From positions 196,168,001-196,232,000 of the forward strand of contig OZ024741.1 in NCBI GenBank assembly GCA_964016885.1: a stretch of 64,000 nt of DNA. The letters run 5' to 3'. Of the stretch, positions 53,552 through 64,000 are shown in pieces; the first letter of the stretch is position 1, and each line of letters opens with the position of its first letter. A program made the position numbers and the translations under genes. Origin of the DNA: Eledone cirrhosa. Its lineage: Eukaryota. Under the pieces are notes generated by a model that worked only from the letters and a program-made list of their open reading frames with translations, did no database searches and was not told the DNA's origin.

Positions 53552-54978
53552 TGTAGCGAATAGATGTATAACGGAATACTCCTATGTTTTACTGGCGAAG
53601 ATTCGAAACCGAATCTGAGGTTTCTCGCTTCTGGGACCATCTATCGTTGGAGGTTCCCACCATTGTCCTGTCAAGACAATGATGATAAACGTACATATTA
53701 CTTGACCTCTGATCCCAGCTTCTTGGGAGACAATATCCATATGGCTGATCATAAATCATATACACATCCTTCTAACTATAAGGTTATAAATACAACGACT
53801 TAGGAAACCCATGGGCAGACCCGAAGCAACAGTCAGCGAGTGATAACGATGTAGGCATCAGTAGACCTTTTACCCTGTCTCTCTCCTGGCCCTTACTGGC
53901 TTCCACCTTACCGACCACAGACACACCCAGGCAGCCAGACATGAAGCAGCATCCTTGAGAAGAAGAATATATTCTAAGAATAGGCACACACACACACATA
54001 GTAAGTTCATATTGTTTACATTCTACGCTCTTTCTATTCTTCCTGTCATATTGTATCTGTAAGATATAACACATGCATTTACGCTAACTCGTAGAGGTTA
54101 GTAAGCAATTTAATGTAGTGATAATTCATGTCATAAATTTTATTACTCGATGTTCAAATTGAATATTGTTGTTGTGAAATAAATGTTGTTAACAACTCAA
54201 TCATGACATTATTCTTTTCACCAAAACTACCATACAAAGAATATCACTTATCCGCTACAGATGTATTCTTTGTAGGATGAATGATAAAAAGAATGATGAA
54301 GAATTGTGATGTTGACAATGTTTATTTTATTATAATAAAATTCACTTGTTGGTACATCGAATATTGAGCAATAAAATCGTGTCAGTAATTAGCACTACTT
54401 TAATTGTCTTACTAGCAACTTCGAGCTAGCGTGAATGCATGTATCATATAAAACGACTCAGTAGAAGTTGTGTTGTATTTTACAGTAGGAGAGAAATGAC
54501 AGCAAGTCGAAATGATAGATAAAGTGTAGTAGGGTACAATATAAGGAAACCTACTGTGTGTGTGTTTATCCTTAACATACATAGTTTCTGTAGTAGTGTT
54601 CAATCTGTCGAGCTGGTGAAATGTGAGAGAATAGTAACTAGAAGGTTGTATTCGTAAAGAGAAATTCATAGCGTGAGCAGAGCTGTACTTCTTTCGTCTG
54701 TGTTAATAACTGTCTCTGGTTCGGTTCTCGAAGCGATTGTATTTATAAAAATACTATAGCTAGAAGGATGTGTATATGGTTCTTGAAACAATAGTGGCCA
54801 TTTGTATATTGTCTGTCAAGTGTCTGGGGTTACAGGTCAAGTGGTATATACATTTATCATGGTTGTCTTTTGACAGGACAATGGTGAGAATTCCTAACAA
54901 TAGGTGGTTTTAGAGGCGAGAAATTTTGGATTCTATTTCGAATCTTCGCCAGGTAAAACATAGAAGAATTCCGTTGCA
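53552..54978. mobile_element. Nested solo LTRs: 53567-54259 (+) inserted into an oppositely oriented LTR (53552-54978, -)
   Basis: The inner LTR has TSD GATG (53563-53566, 54260-54263). Removing it restores tgtagcgaatagatg-tattctttgtaggatgaatgat, matching the LTR end at 47402. Confidence 0.8.
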
Positions 54979-55699
54979 TATATTTTTTTTTTCTTTGAGG
55001 CTATTCAACTAAATAACCGATTATATATTATAATGATTCCTTTTGTCACAGCCGGATTTAGGACAAATGAGGCCCTGTGCTAGTTAAGTTATGAGGCCCC
55101 TTACTTGGGCCCTGTAGGAGGTAAAACATTTTTTTGACAGGAAGATGCTTCCCTAACCCTGGCCAACGGAGCCTTGTGCTTAAACACACTTAAGCACAAT
55201 GGTAAATCCGGCACAATGGTAAATCCGGTACCTTTTTACAAAGGGGTAATTTGTTATGTATTATTAAATTATATTTTTCCAATCCCAAAGAAACGTATTA
55301 TTTTAAAACAAGAACATTTTGGGGCAGTATTTGAATGCATTTTGCACTAGTAGCCATCAATGTTTGAAAAATATATATAAAGTTTTATTGCATTTTATTT
55401 TTTGCATAACTGATAGCAATTTTCATATAACTCACAGGATGCTCAGCATATGACATGCTGAATAGTATTGAGTTGCATAATTGATATTCAAATAACTTGC
55501 AAATACAGTACAATCTCGAGAGAAAAAGTTTATTGCGCTTAATAAATTTTACTAAAGGATTTCAGTTTGACCTGTTCAGTAGTATCTGAAACATCAGATA
55601 AGACAAGCAATCACTCAAGTAACTCGACAAAAACACTGCCACTTTTCTTTTCTTTCTTTTTTTAGTGGTCATGTTAACTAATGGTTCACAATTAGATAA

Positions 55700-55960
55700 T
55701 CTTGCCTTCGCTCTCCGACAAGTTTGCAGTCGAGCTCCTGGCAGTGGAGACTTCTTGTGTCCTTACCCCTGGAGCCACCTCCCTGCTCACCACCATCGGT
55801 ATAGAGTTGGCTATCCGCAGGTGTGATCATCGCGAGCTGGAATGGCTCTTCCAGTGCGTCTACGTCACCATCCTCCGGGGAAACGCCTTCTCCATTCTGT
55901 CCGCTGGGGCCGTGGTGTGGCCAGCGCGTGGGCCCCCATTTGCTCACAATAGTGAGGGAT
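55700..55960 (+). mobile_element. CRE-like non-LTR 3' fragment
   Basis: LAVETSCVL...LFQCVYVTILRGNAFSILSAG. Confidence 0.55.
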
Positions 55961-58329
55961 GGGGAGAGCAGAAGAGGCATTGACAGAGGGAGTTTGGTTC
56001 CTCTGTGTTCAGACCCTGTGTATGTGTATATGTTTCACGGACACACTCGTGTATGTAATATATGTGATATATAGGTGGATTGGCAGTATGAATATATGTG
56101 ATATATAGGGCGGTGGCAGTATCGATAGAGGGTCGGAGCCATGCTTTCCAGCATAGTTACGTCCCTTTACGATCTGAGTTCAAATCCTGCCAAGGTTGAC
56201 TTTGCCTTTCATCCTTACGGGGTCGATAAAATAAAATACCAGTAATGCACTGGGTAATTGCTGGCCTTGTACCTAAAGTAGAAACAATATATGTGATATA
56301 TAGATCTTAGTTAAATAACATTTTATTCAAAATTCGATGTTCTGGGTCAACTTTACTCTTTTTGTATCAGCAAAGCAACATTCGTATTTTGTAAAATGAA
56401 TACGATGTTGCTGCTTTGCTGATATTCTCCCCCAAATAATAAATAGGATTTATACTGAGAAACATGCAAAATATTACAACAGAAAAATATTTTGCTATGA
56501 AATAATTTTGTTTTCTTTTTTAAGAGATATGTCGATTTCCGTCATTCAACGGTAAATAACTGCGATGTTTTCAAAAGACTTAAGTAATCCCACTATATTT
56601 GTGAAATCTTAGACTCATGACAGAGCTCATAATTTGATGTTCTGGATTAACTCTCCTTTTTTATGATATGAATGAGAAAAGTAAAACTTTCTAAATAAAA
56701 TTTTTTTAAATGGGCATCTTAGTTTGTTGTGAAAGAAAATAGCTAACATTATAAACAAAGCTGTTCGTTGAAGAATGATGAAAAGATCTGCTTGAAACTG
56801 TAAATATTTACTTTTCTTACAGCAAAGTAAAATACAGTATTTTTTCACTTTTATTGTCTCCGCCTTTGCCAACACATACCAACACTAGTCTCTTTGCGAT
56901 TATTTTTCAATAAATTTCCCCGTCAGGGAATCCCACCCAATATATCATACTCGTTCAGTATACATCAAAACTAATATAGAATATTCGATAATGAAAAGTA
57001 TAGAACGAATATAGAATACCAATTTTCATTCTTTTTTTACTTTCAAATCGGATAAACTTTGTGAGGGATTTCTGATTTAGACACAATTTAGAGGGGAAGT
57101 AGATTACATCGACTCCAGTATATGACTGGTACTTTACTTTATCGGCCCCTGGAAGGATGAAAGGCAAAGTTAATCTCGGGGGTATTTAAACTCAGAACGT
57201 AAAGGTTTCTCGATGCGTTAACGATTCAGTTAATCCACCTCCCTTGAAGTTGGCTACTAACGATTTCTACTTTAAGCACAAGACCAACATTTTTTATGGG
57301 GGGGGGGGGGAGGTAAATCGATTATATTGACTGCAGTATGTGACTATGTGACTGGCACTTTATTTTATTGACCCTAGGAAGAATGAAAGGCAAAGTTGAC
57401 TTTGGCGGGATTAGAACTCAGAATGTAAAGAGCAGAACAAATACCTCTTAAGCATTTCACTGACGCTCTAATGATTCAGCCAATCCACTTCTCTTGAAGT
57501 TGGCAAATAATATTGTTTGTACACCGTTGGAGCATGGTGTATTTATTCATTATAATTATATTGAAAGCAAACTTCTTAACCTAATTCGGATGACTTTCAT
57601 AGAAGATAAATTATGGTACGATATAAATAAATAACATAAAAAATGGTGTATATCTAGTGAATACAGTTACATATGATTTTGCTGATGAAAAAGTCTAGTG
57701 TTTGCAATGAATGTTTGAATGTGTAACGGCCCTGTTCACTGATTCCATCCTTACACAACTCTGTGTCTTACCGACTAACTCCATGGCAAATTGCTGCGCG
57801 AGATCAGTTGAACAATTCCTTTGAAAAGGCTACAGTTATTCATCGCCTGAAAATATTAGTCAGCACAAGAACTAACATATCTTCAATCTATTTTTTTTAA
57901 ATATCTTGTGCGTGGTAGCAAGTGGGGTTGTGTATGTGTCAGTTAGCTCTTATATAGATCGGCGGGTAGATGTTACTTTAATGTTTTCTTCAACATTCCT
58001 CAGTAGGTTATAAATCAAACAGTAGCGCACTTATCTCACTTGGTGTGAGACAGACGACTCGGTCATTGTAAACTTGGGCTGCAACCAATTCGGCAAAAAG
58101 GTACTTCTTGGCTTGTTCACTTGGACATTTAAACATGCCAGGTTTGAACACAACCGATGTTTAATAACTAGATCGATTGCCTTGTCGTGAACACGGAAGG
58201 TGCTACATTTCTCTGGAAACTTTTTCCGTCCTGGTCAGCTATTTCGTCATAGGTGTTCGTCCACTGATGCCTAACACTAACACCTCACATAGCTTTAGCC
58301 AGCAGACGAGGCGGTTTATTAGGATACAC

Positions 58330-60640
58330 GTGAGAGATTCGGAGCAGAGAAAACATAACAACACTGAACCAAACTGGAAAGCTAAAAGAACTCTCATATG
58401 AGGTTGTAAGGTATAACTGGCACCTCCTTGGATTCTGTGAGTTCGATGGAAGAACAATGAAGAATGGCGTGCACTCCACATTAGGCGTGAGTAGAACAGC
58501 CGTGCAAATGACGTAGCGTTCCTAATCAACAAATCCATAAAAATACTGCACTAGGCAGCCAACCAGTATCAAGTTGGCTTAACCCTCAATTAGTCATTAA
58601 GCAAAATCAGTTCGTGCTTAGAGCCTCAAATAAAGAAGGGTTCTATAGAGTTTCTGGGGGTTTTTTTCATATACAGTATATGGAGGTACCATAATATTTT
58701 CAATGCTTAGGGCCTTAATTCGGCCTTGAGTGGGCTTGAACATCACAGTATTACAACTCTACGCCCCAATAACAAACTATGAAAGTAATCTAATTGCAGT
58801 ATTCTACAAAGAATTTCTAGGCTGACAACAAAAATAGACTGATCATTCAACGTTGGGAGGGATTTCCAAGATAACTGAAGGAATTTCATCGGGCTTCATG
58901 CAATGGCACATCAAATGAAAAGGAACTGAGCCTATTGGAATTTGCCAGTTATACCAATATAGTGTCGTTGAATACCAGATTGACAACACAAACAAGTATA
59001 AAACTGATGTAAACACACAGAAGATGAGAACATTCTCAGGAACAGATGTAGATAGCGACCATGACCTTATCAGGAACTTCATAATACGCTTGACATTCGA
59101 CTCGAAAAACGTAAAGACCCTACTGTCTCTGTAGAAATTCAGGTAAAAAATATGGGGGAAATTGTACCATTACTTCTCCTCGAAAACGACCTTGTGGCTA
59201 CTACATACGAGTTCAACACTACACCAGCAAACAACGTTCTGGGGAAAATCCATCGCAAACCTAAACCATGGGTCTCAAAGAAGGTTCTAGTCAACGTGAT
59301 AAAAGAACATTAAAAAAAGACAAGAACAGAACCGATGAAATAGAAAATAAATCAATAAAGAACATCAGTAAAAGGGAAATAGTAGAAGCAAAGTAACAAT
59401 GGGTGTGTAAATGATGTGAAGATATTGAGGGCAAAATTTCCAAAAACAACACAAGGAAAGTACTTAAACTGGTAAAAAATCTTACTAAAGAAAAGGAACG
59501 GAAAGCAAAGATCACCAAAGACAAAAAAGCAGAAGAAAAAAGCTTATTGAAAAGAAAAAGAAATAATGGGGAGATGGACAAAGTATTGTTCAGAACTCTA
59601 GAATTAGAAGAGCATATGGATTCCCGATTGGCTGAACGTACAGAAATCTTCCAATGAGAAGGACTACCCAATAGATTAAGAAGTTAAAGCTGCAGTAAGA
59701 TAACTGAAAAGCATAAAATCCACAGGGGTTGACAAAATGCCTGTTGAACTATAGAAATGAGAGGCCATTTTAGACATCTTTATGACCATCTGCAACAAGA
59801 TCTGGTATACAGGTAAATGACCGACACCTTGAATTTAGCTGATGATCATAGCATTTCCCAAGAAAGCAGCCCGCATCTATGCCAGAACCACAGTACCATC
59901 AATATGATAAACCATGCAAGTAAAAAGTCGTCCTGAACAGATTAAGACCTCAGGCAGAGCTCATCATAGCTCATCAAGCAGGCTTTCATAAAGGTGAATG
60001 TACTATGAATAGATCTTCAACCTCTTCAAAAAATACCTTCAACACCGAAAAGAGCTATACCGTGTTTTCATGAGTTTCAAGAATGCATTTGACAGAGTAT
60101 GGTGCAATATTTTATGGACAACCATGAATAAATTGGACGTGGGCAAACAAGTTGGCTCATGCCATCCAACACCTTTACGACAAGGCAACCAGTGTAGTAG
60201 TTGTACTACATCCAAATGGAGAGTGGTTTCATAATACTGTATCAGTCCCCCAGAAGAGCCTCCTCATGCTCATTCTTCAACATCTCCTCTAGGAGTGGGC
60301 CGTGAACGATTCTCTTGAAGACAATGTGGGCACAACATTGGAGGAAACATTTGCAGACGACATTGTTTGACTGGCATGAATTTGTCTAACTAGTTAGCCA
60401 CTTTGATAAAGCTTCTACCGTGTTTGGAATGGAAAAAACTAGAGATAGTGCAGCAGTTTAAATATCTAGGGATGAACCTCAAAGATAAAGGATCAAGACC
60501 AGAAATTCATAAAAGAACTGTACAGACAATAGCTACAATAATTGAACTATAGCCAATATAGAGCGATATGAACATCAGTATCAGACTCTTGCGTGCACTG
60601 GTTTTTTACCACTTTCCTGTTCGTACATCAGACATAAACT
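58330..60640 (+). mobile_element. Degraded RTE LINE (APE plus RT)
   Basis: Remnant motifs NDVAFLINK, QLYAP, YQID, DVDSDHDLI, KSTGVDKMPVEL, FKNAFDRVW, FADDIV. Confidence 0.8.
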
Positions 60641-60721
60641 CTCATTGCCAAAATACAAAGTTAATTATTTGAAGCTACGGTTCTATTTTTATGTCAAATG
60701 TCACAAACTAATACACTCTTT

Positions 60722-61403
60722 GGCATACGTTAAGACGGGCGTTCGGGAAAGTGAAAGTAAATTTATTTTCATTTTCGAACGTCGTGTTTACATTTTGTGT
60801 GTGTGTTTATATCTAAATGAGTGTCGTTTTAACTGATTATATATATATGTATATGTGTGTGTGTAGTTGACGGTTGAGAGAAGAGTACTCAATACCGAAG
60901 TAATCTTGTAATGAGGCTTGCAGAATGGTGAGTCCGCCATTCTAGACGCTGCTGCCTTGCAGAAGTCCCAAATCGAAGCTCTGACACTCTCGTCCCCATC
61001 ATTCAGCAGGGATTTTGCCAGGCAGCCGCATCATCTCCGATGGTTGGGCTTCCTATTTGGAAATTGAAGGTGGGATTTACGTTCATGATGTTGTGGTGCA
61101 CGAACGGAACTTTGTAGATCCTGCGGACCTTGATGTACACACACAGCTCATAAAGAACACATGGAGCCGTGCAAAGAGGAAGCTTCGTCGCCAGCATGTG
61201 CAAGCCTCATTACAAGATTACTTCGGTATTGAGTACTCTTCTCTCAACCGTCAACTACACACACACACACATATACATATATATATAATCAGTTAAAACG
61301 ACACTCATTTAGATCTAAACACACACACAAAATGTAAACACGACGTTCGAAAATGAAAATAAATTTACTTTCACTTTCCCGAACGCCCGTCTTAACGTAT
61401 GCC
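60722..61403. mobile_element. Non-autonomous Merlin derivative (MITE) with ~200-bp TIRs
   Basis: Arms 60722-60922 and 61199-61403 begin GGCATACGTTAAGACGGGCG. The internal fragment encodes LPGSRIISDGWASY...HTQLIKNTWSRAKRK. No TSD seen. Confidence 0.85.
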
Positions 61404-62471
61404 ACCAAACCCTATATTCCTTATATTCTTTATATTCACGTTATTATTCCTTATATTATATTCATTTCGTTAAATTGGTGACCTGACGTTTAAAAAAAAA
61501 AATTAAAAAAAAAAACGAATTGGTATTTAAAAAAAAAAAAAAGTTACACGCAGCCTATTTGATCTAATCATGGCTTTATTTGCCAATCTTCAACAATATA
61601 CAGTTACCAAACACTTGCTTCGTAACCTCCAACAAACAATACTACTAGCTTCCTAGCAAGAAAACGATCGAGGGAAATGAAAATGAACTTTTTTTTAAAG
61701 AACAATTATAAAAAAAAAATTTTTATTTCTTTTTACAGGTTGTATATGAATGTCATTTTTTTTTTTCTTATCCGTTTTACTGTATTATATGCCTGTATTA
61801 ATAACACGTTTTACATCAAACACACCTCATTTTCCTTGTCACACACACACACCAACATGTTTTTGTCTGTGGTATATTCTGGATTCAGTTGGGTCTCTGC
61901 AGAATCACTTTTCGACTGGTCGAGGTACGGCGAAAGCTATGTAATACATGATAATCAGCCAACGGTTACTTTTAGCTCGACTCACTGAGCGCACACTAAT
62001 GTCATAGCATAAACCGCGACTCACGGGAAGAGAATCTTACGTATGATAATACATCGAGATTCAATTAGTCAAGGTTCGATAATAGCTATTTAACACATGA
62101 TAATCAAACCACGGTTACTTTATTGCTCGACTCACTGAGCACGCAAACTCAAAATTGCACACATTCATGTCATAGCGTAAACCTCGACTCACTGAAGAGA
62201 ATCTTACGTATGATGATACATCGAGAGAAATAGTCCTCTGTGTTGTCATATCGTAATCCGATACTGTAACCCATATCACAATCCGATACTGTAATCCATA
62301 CACAACAGTTCGAAATACATGACTACAACTTTGTATTTTTATAGTTCCTTCTAAATGTTGCACACACACATGCATACTCAGTCATACTATTTTTTTTTTC
62401 ACTCTCCAAATTTCTCTACACTCGAAGTGTGGGCGCAGTACCCAGATTTTGTGGGTTTTGGGACACGCTTC

Positions 62472-64000
62472 GGCATACGTCAAGACGGGCGGTCTCAAAA
62501 GTGAAACTAACTTTTGACTATTACGCAAGTGATTACTTTCAATTTGGATTGTGAATTGTTTGTTTTTTTACAACAGGTCTCTATAGTGATATGGTGTTAA
62601 TTAGTATTACGTGTACGTGATTTATTTTATTTTTTTTTGTGTGTATTGTGTGTACGGAAAATTCTTTTTTAAATAATGACATTGTGTGTTGAAAGAAATA
62701 CATTTTTTTTAAATAACTACATAGTTATACGTTTGTTGCATATAACATATAAATTGACGTACCTTATGAAAATCCTTATTACACCGTATAAATAGCTGAA
62801 ATACAGTTGATCATCTCGCCAAACTTGTTGACACCAACTCTCTGCCGCCAAAGAAATTCAGCTAAATATGAGGGGAATAAAGCATCGCTTGTCCCATGCT
62901 GTCGACGAAACTTTTTCTTTGCACGGCTCCATGTGTTCTCTATGAGTTGTGTGTGCACATTAGGGTCTTCAGGATCTACAAAGTTCCGTTGGTGCACAAC
63001 AACATCATGGAGGTAAATGCCACCTTGAATTTCTTCAATATCCTAATAGGAAGCCCAACCATCGGACATGATGTGGCTTCCTGGCAAAATCCATTGCTGT
63101 ATGATGGGGACAAGAGTCTCACGGCTTCGATCTGGGACTTCGATGAGGCAGCAGCGTCCAGAATGGCGTTCTACAGCGCCGAAGACCCAGTGGCCTTGTC
63201 TCCACTGGCCACGATGATACTTTCTATGAAAGTATTTTGATTCGTCGATCTCTACAATGATCGACGAACCATTCTCATCGAATCCTCCAAGCTGTTTAGG
63301 ATTCGCCTCCAAATACTGCTCACAAATTTCTCTAAGGAAATTGCACCAGTCTATAATTGTCGGCTTGCTCATCTCAGTTTGGGCATGATCGTAGCACCAC
63401 ATATAGATAATGCTAATAAGGTGTTCGAGTCGAACACGGCTTCGATAAAATATAGAATTCCGTCGCACCGATTGACTAAATTTGTCGCGGCCGCATCGCC
63501 ATCTCCATTTATCAATCCCCTCAGAATATCTTTGCAATGTGCACGCCTCATTGCAGACAGGACAATTCACACTGTTCGCCAACAGACGCCGACTCGCCAA
63601 CCACTGTAACATACACAACGTGTCACCGTGTATCGCCGGACACAGTGTATACACTGTTTCAAAATGATTAATAATGGCATTGGTATCCAAAATATCTTCA
63701 ACTAAGGTAACGCGACCATACACTCGTCCAGCCATATTTGATGTGACACTGTATTAGAATCCAGCCCTTCGGTGCTTCGTTTTAAAAAAAAAAAAATTTC
63801 CCCAGCCCTTCTGACGCCAATCTGCCTTTCTGACCCCAAGCTGCCCCTCTGACCCAAATCCCTTATCATTCTCTGTCCTTCTTATGACCCTACCTTAATT
63901 TCTTTGGGGACAGAGAGTTGGTGCCAACAAGTTTGGCGAGATGATCAACTGTATTTCAGCAATTTATAGGGTGTAATAAGGATTTTCAATATTTATTTAT
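62472..64000 (-). mobile_element. Merlin (IS1016/IS1595-like) DNA transposon
   Basis: TIR GGCATACGTCAAGACGGGCG at 62472 matches the MITE; transposase inside; the other TIR is not in the window. Confidence 0.8.
62779..63735 (-). pseudogene. Merlin/ISXO2-like DDE transposase with a single in-frame TAG (63043-63045)
   Basis: CPVC...WRC zinc ribbon, VEIDES, WVFGAVER, SDGWASY, HTQLIENTWSRAK and YLAEFLWR; 957 bp in one frame. Confidence 0.9.

Overview
AT-rich, microsatellite- and SINE-dense eukaryotic DNA; the repeat content suggests an octopus/cephalopod genome (inference). Only one host gene is supported: a three-exon, 190-aa globin on the minus strand (29950-29760, 6722-6485, 3902-3759) with ancestral B12.2 and G7.0 introns and a predicted N-myristoylation signal (globin X-like). 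The rest is mobile DNA: a near-intact Penelope-like retroelement (Naiad-type RT plus GIY-YIG) with inverted pseudo-LTRs, R4/Dong, RTE, CR1-like and CRE-like LINE fragments, a deleted Gypsy element with solo and nested LTRs, Helitrons, a hAT MITE and a Merlin transposon with a derived MITE. The most notable signal is a set of type I hammerhead ribozymes (HHRs): nine motifs with a full catalytic core plus several truncated halves. They occur in the Penelope pseudo-LTRs and in non-coding elements embedded in (TA)n tracts, including a tandem array of ~556-bp monomers resembling a retrozyme. Most have a palindromic, dimer-type stem III, and seven of the nine have an unusually enlarged stem II, which covaries between copies. 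All calls were made by eye, with no database search.
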